From Escherichia phage A5-4, in sequence record OP744025: a DNA stretch of 64,000 nucleotides; one strand, given 5' to 3'. The stretch's first letter is position 1. Each line of letters opens with the position of its first letter. The notes beneath the pieces were generated by a model. That model was not told where the DNA came from. It did no database searches and worked only from the letters and a program-made list of their open reading frames with translations. Below are positions 46,506 to 55,880 of the stretch, one piece after another. Made by a program: the position numbers and the translations under genes.

Positions 46506-46529
46506 CAGCAAGAAGAAAAAGAGTAAACT
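46502..46529 (+). promoter_or_regulatory. promoter plus stem-loop cassette
   Basis: TTGACA (46502-46507), 16-nt spacer, TAAACT (46524-46529); hairpin ggcggcaatagcgccgcc at 46541-46558. Confidence 0.55.
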
Positions 46530-46582
46530 GTATTACGTAGGGCGGCAATAGCGCCGCCACATCAAAGATAGAGAGAATCAAA

Positions 46583-46801
46583 ATGGCCAATATCCGCACT
46601 GTACTGAAAAATGCAAAACAAGTTTTATTTTCTGACGATGAATATTTTAATCGCAATATCAAAGGCGTTCGGAACATTGAGGATGTAAAGGAATTATTTG
46701 GAATCAAAGGTAACGTATATCGTAAAGGATTGCACGGTAATAATTTTGAATATAAGTTGGCTGATAGTGATTATAATTTTACACTGACCACCATTAGTTG
46801 A
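46583..46801 (+). CDS. hypothetical small protein
   Basis: 72 aa ORF after the cassette. Confidence 0.5.
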   Translation: MANIRTVLKNAKQVLFSDDEYFNRNIKGVRNIEDVKELFGIKGNVYRKGLHGNNFEYKLADSDYNFTLTTIS

Positions 46802-46881
46802 AAGTTTTAATCTAGCGCTATTGACTTAAGCCGATAGTGCTGGCATAATAACTTTTATCAAGAACATCAAAGGAAAGTAAA

Positions 46882-47094
46882 ATGGCTATCATTACTAAAA
46901 TCAAAGTAAACAAAACACTGGTTAAGCTGGAAGAAGTGAAAGCAGGTTATAAAGTATCTTGGTGTGGCATGTATCGGATGTTCACAGATATAGACGATGC
47001 AATCAATTACTACACTAACACGATTAAAAACTTTGTTCGTGCTGATGTGATTATTGCAGTGGAAGCACATAAAGCATCGAAAGAAAGTAAGTAA
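46882..47094 (+). CDS. hypothetical small protein
   Basis: 70 aa ORF; promoter-like TTGACT upstream. Confidence 0.5.
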   Translation: MAIITKIKVNKTLVKLEEVKAGYKVSWCGMYRMFTDIDDAINYYTNTIKNFVRADVIIAVEAHKASKESK

Positions 47095-47185
47095 AATTAT
47101 TACCACAGTACTATTGACAACTGCTGATAGTACTGACATAATAACTTTTATCAAGTAGTACAAATCAAAAAGAGAGAATATCATC

Positions 47186-47425
47186 ATGGCTAAATCTAAA
47201 ACTTTCAACGATCACAAAAACAAAACTCATTGGAATGTTTCCTTGTGGATTAATAATGGTGAAGCACTGTATCGGCTTGCTCAAAATTGCATTGCACAAA
47301 GTAAAACTAAAGATATTGCTGCGGAATGTATGTACCGCAGATTAAAAGCGAACGGCACTACAACAACGCCGGACGGATTTAAGTATAGCACCACTGCGAT
47401 CCGTGCCGCGATGGTTGGAATGTAA
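47186..47425 (+). CDS. hypothetical protein (paralog of 45368..45619)
   Basis: 79 aa; see 45368..45619. Confidence 0.6.
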   Translation: MAKSKTFNDHKNKTHWNVSLWINNGEALYRLAQNCIAQSKTKDIAAECMYRRLKANGTTTTPDGFKYSTTAIRAAMVGM

Positions 47426-47444
47426 AAAGAAAAAGTAAAAGTAG

Positions 47445-47473
47445 TTGACACAAAGAAACAAAACAAGTAAATT
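47445..47473 (+). promoter_or_regulatory. promoter plus stem-loop cassette (near-identical copy at 49565)
   Basis: TTGACA (47445-47450), 17-nt spacer, TAAATT (47468-47473); hairpin gcgggg-aatgg-ccccgc at 47485-47501. Confidence 0.6.
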
Positions 47474-47523
47474 AATCACATCAGGCGGGGAATGGCCCCG
47501 CTAAAAGAGAAGAGAGAAATCAA

Positions 47524-47856
47524 ATGAGCTTTTTATCTATCGTGCAGACTAACTTTGAAAATGATTTTATTGCTCAAGCTATCAACATTGACAAAGGTAT
47601 CCCAAATATCAATTTTGGTTTTAATAGTGGTGGTTATGAGAGATACCAGTATTTTGTAACTGACGATGGAAGTGTTTTAGGTATCAATACGGTGATGGCT
47701 AATATCCAAAACATTAATTTCAATGATCCCGATGAGCGCTCATTCTATATCGTCGGTGTCCAGGTGAACTACAATGATGACTCTTTAATCGATGATTACA
47801 CTGGCGAGACGTTAGAGAGTGCTTACGGTGACGAATCAGAAGAAGAAGAAGAATAA
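47524..47856 (+). CDS. hypothetical acidic protein
   Basis: 110 aa; C-terminus DESEEEEE. Confidence 0.5.
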   Translation: MSFLSIVQTNFENDFIAQAINIDKGIPNINFGFNSGGYERYQYFVTDDGSVLGINTVMANIQNINFNDPDERSFYIVGVQVNYNDDSLIDDYTGETLESAYGDESEEEEE

Positions 47857-47956
47857 GATTAAAAAAGTAGTTGACTGAAAGACTACAAAGAAGTAAGATA
47901 ATTAACGAATAGGGGGAAACATCTTCCCCCATAAACAAAAGAAAGAGAGATTAAAA

Positions 47957-48139
47957 ATGACAGAACTGATTGCAACTACAAAGATCGAAGGCGTTAACGA
48001 TGTTACTTTGTCCTATGATCCTTCTACTCTGGTTTATGTTGTGAAATATGGCAGAATGATCGCAGAACTTGATTGCATTGATGAGGCTTTCGAAAAATAT
48101 TTCGAACTTATCAATATTGCTTATGATGACTACCGTTAA
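47957..48139 (+). CDS. hypothetical small protein
   Basis: 60 aa; promoter TTGACT and hairpin gggggaaacatcttccccc upstream. Confidence 0.45.
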   Translation: MTELIATTKIEGVNDVTLSYDPSTLVYVVKYGRMIAELDCIDEAFEKYFELINIAYDDYR

Positions 48140-48169
48140 TATACAACGCAAAAATAGAAAGGTGATAAA

Positions 48170-48379
48170 ATGATCAATGAAAAAACAATCAATGACGTTC
48201 GAGAGGAAGTTTTAGCCGTTGCCGTAGAATCTGGCGCACGTCAGGCATTTTGGAAAGCTACTGATCTTTACCCTGAGCAAGCCGAAAATATTCTCAATCA
48301 GGTCAGCGTTAAACTTGAACAAATGGGAAAACTGAAAACAAGTGAGCGCCTCGACCAAATCATTAAAGAAAGTTTTTGA
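48170..48379 (+). CDS. hypothetical small protein
   Basis: 69 aa; AAAGGTGA RBS. Confidence 0.5.
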   Translation: MINEKTINDVREEVLAVAVESGARQAFWKATDLYPEQAENILNQVSVKLEQMGKLKTSERLDQIIKESF

Positions 48380-48443
48380 TTGACTTTTAACATTGCCCCT
48401 ATTAGTATTCAGGGGCAAGATTAAAAGAAACAAGGACACGAAG

Positions 48444-48755
48444 ATGAATGATATTGTTAGCATCATAGGTTTACTCGGCATAGGTTACATCGCCACATCA
48501 ATTACAATGAGTTACTTCAATAAAAGGCGTGATAAAATGTTTTGTTACTTTGAGTATCGTTACCGTGGTAAGGTTGGATCATCCCGTGACTATGGTCCGA
48601 TGTTAGAGATTGATGCGGTTGGCGCTATGCAGTATCGCCAGTCACTAGGGGCTGAAATAATTTTTGAAGTGTACCGCAGTACAGAAGAAGAGATCCACGA
48701 CATTATTGATGAGCGTCAATATTATCACGAACAACAAACTAAACGCAGGGCTTAA
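48444..48755 (+). CDS. hypothetical membrane-anchored protein
   Basis: Track ORF 48393..48755 trimmed to ATG 48444 (MNDIVSIIGLLGIGYIATS...) because the upstream codons overlap a promoter (TTGACT 48380, TAGTAT). Confidence 0.5.
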   Translation: MNDIVSIIGLLGIGYIATSITMSYFNKRRDKMFCYFEYRYRGKVGSSRDYGPMLEIDAVGAMQYRQSLGAEIIFEVYRSTEEEIHDIIDERQYYHEQQTKRRA

Positions 48756-48903
48756 GATATGACTAATACAAACCGACAAAAAATCATCAAAACTAAAAAG
48801 CTTGATTTCAATACTTATCAAGAATGCAAGAAGAAAGTAAAAGATAAGCGAGAGAACAAGCGGCATGAATGGATCACTAATACAATCGATCTTTAACAAT
48901 CAA

Positions 48904-48930
48904 GGCCCGCTATGATGTGGGCCTTTCTTT
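48904..48930 (+). terminator. rho-independent terminator
   Basis: Hairpin ggccc...gggcc followed by tttcttt. Confidence 0.5.
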
Positions 48931-48943
48931 ATGGAGAACAGAC

Positions 48944-49171
48944 ATGATTAATATTCTTTCACTTACAGAAGTGATCCGCTTCCTCAAAAACAACGCCCTG
49001 GGAACGTCTATAGCGTATCTAATCCCTCAAGGTAAAGATTATGCCAGCGTTACACGTTCAATCACTGCTACGGCCTCCAGAGAAGAAATAAAGGTCAGTG
49101 TAAGCCAATTGCTCATCGTTGATCCTTCCTCCTGTGAAACAACCCAGGCTGTAAAGATAATTAGAAAATAA
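48944..49171 (+). CDS. hypothetical small protein
   Basis: Track ORF 48917..49171 trimmed to ATG 48944 (MINILSLTEV...) with GGAGA RBS; the earlier ATG lies inside the terminator hairpin. Confidence 0.45.
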   Translation: MINILSLTEVIRFLKNNALGTSIAYLIPQGKDYASVTRSITATASREEIKVSVSQLLIVDPSSCETTQAVKIIRK

Positions 49172-49256
49172 TTTAAAAAACTTCTTGCATCCATTATCGA
49201 GAAGATGTACATTAGTTTCATCAAGACGAGATGAAGATAACCCAAAGGTGATTACT

Positions 49257-49550
49257 ATGTTATACGAAGTTTTTGCAGGTTTCTGTTTTTATGGTGCTGC
49301 CGCCGTTCGCCAGTGTGATGACTATGTAGTTGAGTCATTCGATGATCCTTTGGCGTGTGAGATTGTTACTACAACTTATGAGCAAGATCGCCGTTGGATT
49401 AATCCGGCCTGTATTGCATCGCCTGAGGTTGAAGCTATGCCGGAAGGTGAGGAATTGACAGAAGAAGACTTGCAAGAAGTAAAAGAAGTTATGAGTTACA
49501 TGATTGATAATCTGGACGCTGAAAACTTGCAACGTGCCTTACAAAAATAA
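49257..49550 (+). CDS. hypothetical acidic protein
   Basis: Track ORF 49185..49550 trimmed to ATG 49257 (MLYEVFAGF...) with AAAGGTG RBS; upstream codons overlap a promoter. Confidence 0.45.
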   Translation: MLYEVFAGFCFYGAAAVRQCDDYVVESFDDPLACEIVTTTYEQDRRWINPACIASPEVEAMPEGEELTEEDLQEVKEVMSYMIDNLDAENLQRALQK

Positions 49551-49564
49551 TTTTAAAAAAGTAG

Positions 49565-49593
49565 TTGACTCGAAGAAACAAAACAAGTAAATT
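49565..49593 (+). promoter_or_regulatory. promoter plus stem-loop cassette (near-identical copy of 47445)
   Basis: TTGACT (49565-49570), 17-nt spacer, TAAATT (49588-49593); hairpin gcgggg-aatgg-ccccgc at about 49605-49621. Confidence 0.6.
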
Positions 49594-49637
49594 AATCACA
49601 TGAGGCGGGGAATGGCCCCGCTGAACAAAAAGAGATT

Positions 49638-50018
49638 ATGAAAATGGCTAAAAATACTAACGTTTGTGATTACGCTGATCTGGTTACTCTGAATGCAGAT
49701 TCTAAAATCAACCTGTCAAACGTGGAAGCGGTGCACGTCCTGGCCCGCCGCTGGTTCCAAAAGTTATATGGTAATACTTATTTCTCTTTAAGTGTGGATG
49801 TGGAGATCGCTGGTAAATTGGTAGAAGTAGTTAACGTCCCGTTTAAATATGGTTATGGTGATCATTTCGATACCGTGGCACTGGAAGAATTTAGCAAGGT
49901 TATCAACATGGAAGGAAAAGAGTTTTCAGAGTATAGTTACCTTTCCCGTTTTTGCCGTGACAATAACATCCCTGTTTATTCGAACGCTGTTGATGTTAAA
50001 CGCAAAAAAGATATGTAA
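49638..50018 (+). CDS. hypothetical protein
   Basis: 126 aa ORF downstream of the cassette. Confidence 0.5.
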   Translation: MKMAKNTNVCDYADLVTLNADSKINLSNVEAVHVLARRWFQKLYGNTYFSLSVDVEIAGKLVEVVNVPFKYGYGDHFDTVALEEFSKVINMEGKEFSEYSYLSRFCRDNNIPVYSNAVDVKRKKDM

Positions 50019-50105
50019 TTATTATTGACAGTACATAGAAAACAAGTAAACTGTATTACATAGAAAGCGGGAACACTTCCCGCTTATATTTCAGGAATAA
50101 GAGAA

Positions 50106-50357
50106 ATGATCGAACAAATCAAAACTACGACGGCTAACGTAACGGGTACAATATCGCACTTTATTAGTGATGAATCGCGGGGCGTTCCTTATTGTGCAGT
50201 ACATGTAAACAAAAATGGCGACTACTGGTTAACGGCGTATGGATCTTATTCTTTCGGACGTAGTGCACACCAAAAGATCCTGGATAAAGTACAACCAACG
50301 GGTAAAAATATTACCGCTGAGATGTTTAATAAATCACTTGCAAAGTTAAAAGCGTAA
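50106..50357 (+). CDS. hypothetical small protein
   Basis: 83 aa; cassette with hairpin gcgggaacacttcccgc upstream. Confidence 0.5.
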   Translation: MIEQIKTTTANVTGTISHFISDESRGVPYCAVHVNKNGDYWLTAYGSYSFGRSAHQKILDKVQPTGKNITAEMFNKSLAKLKA

Positions 50358-50418
50358 AGTATAATACATCACATCAGGCGGGGAGTGTTTCCCCGCCACA
50401 AAATGAAAGGCCAACAAA

Positions 50419-50598
50419 ATGAAATCAAGCATGATGGTAGCGACTGTAAACATTATCATTGGTAACGGAACTGGACACCACGAAATCATAAAAAACAAGG
50501 CTTACTCTATTAGCTCCCTCAAAAACGACATGCGTTTATCTTTGGGCCAAATCCGCGCTTACTTTCGTGAAGGCTATCAGAAAAAAGTAGCAAATTAA
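50419..50598 (+). CDS. small protein (59 aa), not in ORF track
   Basis: ATG 50419 follows hairpin ggcggggagtgtttccccgcc; translation MKSSMMVATVNIIIGNGTGHHEIIKNKAYSISSLKNDMRLSLGQIRAYFREGYQKKVAN. Confidence 0.45.
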   Translation: MKSSMMVATVNIIIGNGTGHHEIIKNKAYSISSLKNDMRLSLGQIRAYFREGYQKKVAN

Positions 50599-50658
50599 TA
50601 GTTGACGCAAAGGTCATTTTAATTTAATCTATAACAAATCGACAAATGAGGCATAATC

Positions 50659-50961
50659 ATGTTTACCAAAGCAAATGAGTATTTCTTTTTAGATTTACTT
50701 GATGAAAGTATCTTTGTAGCTATGGGCAAAAAGTCAATGGTCTTTAAACGCAAAAAAGATAATGGTGACTTTGAAGATAGCGAAGCCGTGCTAACAGTCA
50801 AGGAAGGTAGAGATCCTGCTACGTCTGTTTTAATCTACACCTTGACCAACGGCGGTGAAGTTATCGCATCAGGTAGTAGCCATCCGATCCCAAAATCGGA
50901 AGTGAACACTGTAATTATTGGTTTTGTTGTAGCTTGTTTCTACGAGGAAAAAAGCAAATGA
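50659..50961 (+). CDS. hypothetical protein
   Basis: 100 aa; promoter TTGACG at about 50600 upstream. Confidence 0.5.
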   Translation: MFTKANEYFFLDLLDESIFVAMGKKSMVFKRKKDNGDFEDSEAVLTVKEGRDPATSVLIYTLTNGGEVIASGSSHPIPKSEVNTVIIGFVVACFYEEKSK

Positions 50962-51122
50962 ATCCGCAAAATTTATCTTATGTAAACTGGCCCAATAAGG
51001 CTGAGAAGAAAGAAAACTTGAAACGTCTGGTTAACTTTTATCGTGAAGCTGGTCATAGTAAAGTAACAGCGGTTAAAATGGCAAAGCGCCACCTTAACAA
51101 GCCAAGTACTAAACTAATTTAA
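50958..51122 (+). CDS. hypothetical small basic protein
   Basis: Track ORF 50934..51122 trimmed to ATG 50958 (MNPQNLSYV...), ATGA-coupled to the upstream gene, GAGGAA RBS. Confidence 0.45.
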   Translation: MNPQNLSYVNWPNKAEKKENLKRLVNFYREAGHSKVTAVKMAKRHLNKPSTKLI

Positions 51123-51193
51123 AAACTTGTTGACGTTGGCTTGTGCCGTACCTATAATGGACGGCATAGGCAAACGAAATAGGATTTATAGAA

Positions 51194-51400
51194 ATGAAAA
51201 AGAAAATTGTATATAATATTATTAGCTTTATCGCAACTATCCTCCTGGCTATTGCTGGTCTATCTTTGATTGTTGCAGTAGGATCTCTGTTTCCTGGGGC
51301 AATAAGTATTAGCATAGCTTTCGCCGCATTGTCTGTTTTTACAGGGTATGCAGGGATTAAAGTTACTTATTGGTCAGAAGATTACAAATATTCAAACTGA
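51194..51400 (+). CDS. hypothetical small membrane protein
   Basis: 68 aa, two hydrophobic segments; promoter TTGACG-N17-TATAAT upstream. Confidence 0.5.
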   Translation: MKKKIVYNIISFIATILLAIAGLSLIVAVGSLFPGAISISIAFAALSVFTGYAGIKVTYWSEDYKYSN

Positions 51401-51413
51401 ATTGAGGTGTAAG

Positions 51414-51563
51414 ATGTACAAGCTATTAACCTGGGAAACAGAATCATCGTCACCGATCAGCCGGACCTTTTTTGATTTGTGCACGGCTTACAGGCTGGCA
51501 AAGGGAGGGTATCATAAGGCCCAAATCATTGATGAATTTAATGTTATCCTTTATGAATTTTAA
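51414..51563 (+). CDS. hypothetical small protein
   Basis: Track ORF 51348..51563 trimmed to ATG 51414 (MYKLLTWE...) with GAGGTG RBS. Confidence 0.4.
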   Translation: MYKLLTWETESSSPISRTFFDLCTAYRLAKGGYHKAQIIDEFNVILYEF

Positions 51564-51790
51564 TCAATTCATATACTTAAAAGAAAGTTAGAAAAAGTTT
51601 TAAAAAGTGGTTGCAACAGGTATTGGATAGTAGTATAGTACTTTCAACGGGGCGAGATGGCCCAAAACGAAAAAACTTGAAAGGTGATTATCATGATGGC
51701 AATTTTCTTAATTTCTCTTCTGGTCGCTGTATGTTCTGCCACTGCTGCCGCTGTACTTTATGACACCCGCTACAATGAGGAATAATAAAA

Positions 51791-52009
51791 ATGAATATTG
51801 TCAACATTACAGGTAAGACCGAGATCCTTAAGAATCTTGCGCCAGGTGAGTCCACCGTATGGATCTGCAAAGATGGCGAAGTAGAAAAACAAATGAGATT
51901 GTTTACCGCTATTTGTTGTCGGTTAAATATGAAAGTTACACAAATCCGATCGATGATTGTTAGTGTGGGAAACATTCCGACTGAATGCATAATTCTTACA
52001 AAGATTTAA
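51791..52009 (+). CDS. hypothetical small protein
   Basis: 72 aa; GAGGAA RBS. Confidence 0.45.
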   Translation: MNIVNITGKTEILKNLAPGESTVWICKDGEVEKQMRLFTAICCRLNMKVTQIRSMIVSVGNIPTECIILTKI

Positions 52010-52085
52010 AAATAGCTTTACAACAACGATAAAATCAGTACAATACAAATCAGGCAATAAAGCCAACTAAAGAAAGGTAAAGACC

Positions 52086-52325
52086 ATGCAAACTATTATC
52101 ACTAAATTTCTTCCTCCTACGAATACCCGTGGCGCTCGCATCAAAGCAAAATGTTGGTTGACAGATATCACTATCGCCTATCCGGTAGCCGAGATCAACG
52201 AAGCCCATAAACTGGCGGCAGAAGTGTTAATTACAAAATTGAAGATGACAACAGATATTGATTGGAAAATTGTTGCAAGTGGTGAAACACCGGACGGATC
52301 AGGTTATGCATTTATCATCAAATAA
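52086..52325 (+). CDS. hypothetical small protein
   Basis: 79 aa ORF. Confidence 0.5.
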   Translation: MQTIITKFLPPTNTRGARIKAKCWLTDITIAYPVAEINEAHKLAAEVLITKLKMTTDIDWKIVASGETPDGSGYAFIIK

Positions 52326-52328
52326 TTG

Positions 52329-52357
52329 TTGACAACAGCAAAGTAAGCGCGTAGTAT
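52329..52357 (+). promoter_or_regulatory. promoter plus stem-loop cassette
   Basis: TTGACA (52329-52334), 17-nt spacer, TAGTAT (52352-52357); hairpin ggggcgacaagcgcccc follows. Confidence 0.55.
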
Positions 52358-52393
52358 TCATTTTACAGGGGCGACAAGCGCCCCGCTTATCAG

Positions 52394-52675
52394 ATGAGAC
52401 AAATCATGAAAATATCATTGGACGTTGCAATCAAGGCCATCGAATCCGGTTACACTCTGGTTAAGGACGATAAGGCTAAAATCGTGCATCACGTTAACAA
52501 GGAAACAGGCGAAAGCATGATCACATATAAAGCCGCCTACTTTCTCCAATCAGTAGCAGATCCGCGCCTGCAACGCCAGGTTACGGCGGCTATCGCTAAA
52601 AAATTATGTGCTTTACAGGGTACAAGTTTTAACGAGATCGCCCCGTGTTTTGATTGGTCAAGCTTGAAAAAATAG
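52394..52675 (+). CDS. hypothetical protein
   Basis: 93 aa ORF; alternative start ATG 52406. Confidence 0.5.
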   Translation: MRQIMKISLDVAIKAIESGYTLVKDDKAKIVHHVNKETGESMITYKAAYFLQSVADPRLQRQVTAAIAKKLCALQGTSFNEIAPCFDWSSLKK

Positions 52676-53090
52676 TTTGACAATACGCAGTTATCTGGTA
52701 AAGTGTACTACATAGCGCGGAAATACTTCCCGCCATTAATGAGGATAATTTAATGAAAACTTTCAACGCAACAGCCTCGACAATTGGTTATATTATTACA
52801 GTGCAAGCCGTAGATCTGGTAGCAGCAGCAAACAAGATTAAAAGAATGATCCCGCTAGGTAGTGAATTTTCCGTTTGGGAAGTAAAATAATTCTTGACAA
52901 TAGTTTGTTACTTGATAGAATGTATTTCGTAGGGCGGGGCAATGGAGCAACGCCCATTAATGAGGCTAGCATCATGTTAGAGAAAATTTTCACGGTTGCA
53001 GTGGTTGGCCTGGCGTTATCGGTTGGAGTGGTTGCAACTATGGCTAATATGATCCTATCTTCCCACGGTATCGGTTAAGAGAGACACATC

Positions 53091-53477
53091 ATGAAAACAG
53101 AAATCATTATTGAAATCATCAACGGTTACAAAGAGGCTTTTATCTTTGCTGAATCAGCCAGGAATCACGAAGGTGATTTTATAGATGACATGACTGATTA
53201 TGATTTTTCAGATCAAGCCCAGCAACGGATCATTCGTGACGTGGCGGCTTTTTGTGACGCCAATGATGCCGCTATCTCTGAGGCAATGAGCGACGGCGCA
53301 ACAGCCAACCAGATCGGGAATGATTTACATTTTACCCGTAACGGTCACAGCGTAGGCTTTTGGGATCGCCCTGAGATATACACTACTAACACGGCTAACC
53401 GTTTGACCAATGCCGCTAAATTTATGCCAAACGTGTCAGCCTACATTGGGAAAGATAATCTGATTTATATTGAATAA
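53091..53477 (+). CDS. hypothetical acidic protein
   Basis: 128 aa ORF. Confidence 0.5.
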   Translation: MKTEIIIEIINGYKEAFIFAESARNHEGDFIDDMTDYDFSDQAQQRIIRDVAAFCDANDAAISEAMSDGATANQIGNDLHFTRNGHSVGFWDRPEIYTTNTANRLTNAAKFMPNVSAYIGKDNLIYIE

Positions 53478-53483
53478 AAAGTA

Positions 53484-53511
53484 TTGACAAGCTGAATCAA
53501 CCTGACAAGAT
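53484..53511 (+). promoter_or_regulatory. promoter plus stem-loop cassette
   Basis: TTGACA (53484-53489), 16-nt spacer, CAAGAT (53506-53511); hairpin ggggcgataaacgcccc at 53522-53538. Confidence 0.55.
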
Positions 53512-53558
53512 GTATCACATAGGGGCGATAAACGCCCCATAACAGAAAGGGTAATCTT

Positions 53559-53753
53559 ATGACGTTAGCAACATGTACCGGATCAAAAATTGCTTGCTTT
53601 GAGTTTATGGAAGACTACCACACGACCGCAATCACTGACCAATATATTACAGTGATCACGCGTGACGGTATCGCCTGGCATGTTCCGGTTTATGATGGGG
53701 ATACCTATGAAGTCACCGACAGCGACGGCAATACAGCTATCTTTGTTGTCTAA
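53559..53753 (+). CDS. hypothetical small protein
   Basis: 64 aa ORF. Confidence 0.45.
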   Translation: MTLATCTGSKIACFEFMEDYHTTAITDQYITVITRDGIAWHVPVYDGDTYEVTDSDGNTAIFVV

Positions 53754-53765
53754 GGGGGAAACACT

Positions 53766-53993
53766 ATGCACAATAACATCATTACCGATCGTGCCGCCAC
53801 TATGCGCCCTGGCGATCGGGCACGTTTACAGGTTGGCGCTTATCCGTTCCCTACTTATGACTTTTGCAAGGTGACGGCAGTCGAAAACAATCCCTTTGAT
53901 CCTGATACCGTGATCATCTGGTACGAAGGAAGGGGAAATAAGTATGAAGATGTTTTATGGCGGGATGAGCATATCAACATTATTCGTTACTAA
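53766..53993 (+). CDS. hypothetical small protein
   Basis: 75 aa ORF. Confidence 0.45.
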   Translation: MHNNIITDRAATMRPGDRARLQVGAYPFPTYDFCKVTAVENNPFDPDTVIIWYEGRGNKYEDVLWRDEHINIIRY

Positions 53994-54111
53994 TCGCCAC
54001 CTAACAGCCTAAATAGTAGGAGGTAATGCAATCCCCTACTCAATGAGAATGGAGCGCCCTGGCTTATGCTGGGGCGTTTTATGTTGTATGGAAATAATTT
54101 AGAAAATAAGC

Positions 54112-54140
54112 TTGACGCCGGGAATGTTAGCGCGTATAGT
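54112..54140 (+). promoter_or_regulatory. promoter plus stem-loop cassette
   Basis: TTGACG (54112-54117), 17-nt spacer, TATAGT (54135-54140); hairpin gcggcaatagtgccgc at 54153-54168. Confidence 0.6.
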
Positions 54141-54188
54141 TTATCACATAGGGCGGCAATAGTGCCGCTCATAATTGGAGTAGAGATC

Positions 54189-54362
54189 ATGGCAATTCTG
54201 GCGAAAGATGTAAAAGTAGGTATGACCTTTAATGATTGTGAAGTTGTCTATGTTGCCGCGCACGGCGACGGTATCATTACCATTGAAACAGAACACTTTG
54301 ATCGAGATTGTGGCGAGATGGAATATTTTTCTTGCGAGTATCATGAAAACGATGAGTTTTAA
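54189..54362 (+). CDS. hypothetical small protein
   Basis: Track ORF 54066..54362 trimmed to ATG 54189 (MAILAKDVKVG...) because the upstream codons overlap the promoter cassette. Confidence 0.45.
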   Translation: MAILAKDVKVGMTFNDCEVVYVAAHGDGIITIETEHFDRDCGEMEYFSCEYHENDEF

Positions 54363-54442
54363 ACTATTGACACTGTAAGTAATTGTGTTAATATTTTTGT
54401 GTAGGGCGGCAATGTTGCCGCTCACTGACTGGAGCTATCACC

Positions 54443-54844
54443 ATGACCTTTACAATCACCTCTTACACTGACGTTGCCAGCATTGCTAAAACTTTCGGCC
54501 CTGAAGCCCTTAAATATGCGGTATCCAATGGTAATCTGACAAAAGAGGAATGTTATCTGATTGGAAGCTGTAAACGTTGGGCGGTATCTCGTAACATCGA
54601 GATTGAAAACGTAAATGATGGCAACATCGAATATAGCGTTGATGCAGTATTCCAAGTTGTTGATTTAGGTGGTATCTATAATACCAATCTTAATGATGTG
54701 CGTATCGTTCGCACTGGCTTTGGGGCTTATGATGTTCCAGTTCGTGAAGCTATGGAAAAAGGTTATATTAATCCAGCCATTTTAAGCATGATCATGACTG
54801 AGGCCAAACAACGTAACGAGATACGGGCTATCCTGGGCCTGTAA
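54443..54844 (+). CDS. hypothetical protein
   Basis: 133 aa; cassette with hairpin ggcggcaatgttgccgc upstream. Confidence 0.5.
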   Translation: MTFTITSYTDVASIAKTFGPEALKYAVSNGNLTKEECYLIGSCKRWAVSRNIEIENVNDGNIEYSVDAVFQVVDLGGIYNTNLNDVRIVRTGFGAYDVPVREAMEKGYINPAILSMIMTEAKQRNEIRAILGL

Positions 54845-54943
54845 TGAAATATTAATGGAAAACTATTGACACGGATCGTCAATATGCTAATATTTATCAC
54901 GTAGGGCGGCAACGCCCCAGATTAATAAAAATAGGAAATAAAT

Positions 54944-55150
54944 ATGACTACTTCAATGATCAGATCTTCCGACATTAAAAAGGCTTTATCTGCATTGCGT
55001 TATCATCATAGAATGAAAGTAATCAACGATGAGAGCTATCTAGATTCATCGTTAGAAAGCGATACGTTGGAAGCCATTTCAAAATTATCTGATTTGCATA
55101 AACGCATGACCGAAAGCAACCGATCCGACTTCATAGGGGGCGAAATATGA
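54944..55150 (+). CDS. hypothetical small protein
   Basis: 68 aa ORF. Confidence 0.45.
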   Translation: MTTSMIRSSDIKKALSALRYHHRMKVINDESYLDSSLESDTLEAISKLSDLHKRMTESNRSDFIGGEI

Positions 55151-55407
55151 GCATTGCAATGTTAATCAATACCGTAGAAGAGGCGAAAGCATTAAAGTTA
55201 CGTGTTGAACTGATTGATCAGCCAGGTGGAGATCTCCTTGTACAAATCTATCCCCCAAAGGATGATTCTGGCGCTTATGATTGGTGCTACTCTGACACGT
55301 TCGAACAAGTAGACATTAAAGCAATAACATCATTTATCAATAGGGCTATACTTGAGCAAACGATAGAACTTAACGGGATGTTAAAAACACCCTGGCACAT
55401 TTACTGA
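55147..55407 (+). CDS. hypothetical small protein
   Basis: 86 aa; ATGA-coupled to the upstream gene; terminator follows. Confidence 0.5.
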   Translation: MSIAMLINTVEEAKALKLRVELIDQPGGDLLVQIYPPKDDSGAYDWCYSDTFEQVDIKAITSFINRAILEQTIELNGMLKTPWHIY

Positions 55408-55418
55408 GTTCGACAAAA

Positions 55419-55446
55419 GGGCTTGACTTGTTCAGCCCTTTTTTGC
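55419..55446 (+). terminator. rho-independent terminator
   Basis: Hairpin gggcttgacttgttcagccc followed by ttttttg. Confidence 0.6.
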
Positions 55447-55619
55447 TATTCTTATCAAACGGGCGGCACCTGGGAACAGGGGGGAGGTAATCACTGGACG
55501 ACTCCGCTATATAGTGATAGTAAATAGCTATCAATAATCTCCAAAAATAAAATAAAACCTATCGAGTCTTTACAATTCTTTCTATTGACACAACAACCGC
55601 ATTACAGTATTATTTATCT

Positions 55620-55880
55620 CGTAGGGCAGCGAAGCAGTGATGTAAAGTAGTTACTCTATGATGTAAGTTCTGAGAAGTCGAATCCGATAAAGTATCAGAA
55701 AGTTTCTAAGTTTTCGAATCGTCCAGATGAAAAAGGCTGGCAAGTGTTGAGAAAGGGCACGTTGAGTAAGTCCTGAACAGGGGCGCTCCTAGACACCTTC
55801 TACTGAGATTGCGATCGAAGTGTTAAACTGTGAGAAACGATAAAGAGTACCAGGAAAGAAAGAAGTAAAAGAAGTGAAAA
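55620..55880 (+). ncRNA. candidate promoter-driven non-coding transcript
   Basis: Promoter TTGACA (55585-55590) + TATTAT (55608-55613) is followed by about 260 nt with no ORF longer than a few codons, up to the next promoter (TTGACA 55886). Every other cassette in the array sits directly in front of an ORF. Confidence 0.25.

Noticed and set aside
46390-46707. Minus-strand ORF (105 aa) in the plus-strand array
   Set aside because: Antisense to the plus-strand genes 46362..46505 and 46583..46801 and to their promoter cassette; hydrophobic junk translation.
47720-48481. Minus-strand ORFs within the plus-strand array (47720..47938, 47951..48151, 48212..48481, 48645..48899, 49039..49245, 49335..49532)
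   Set aside because: Antisense to plus-strand genes that each have a promoter and RBS; no supporting signals on the minus strand.
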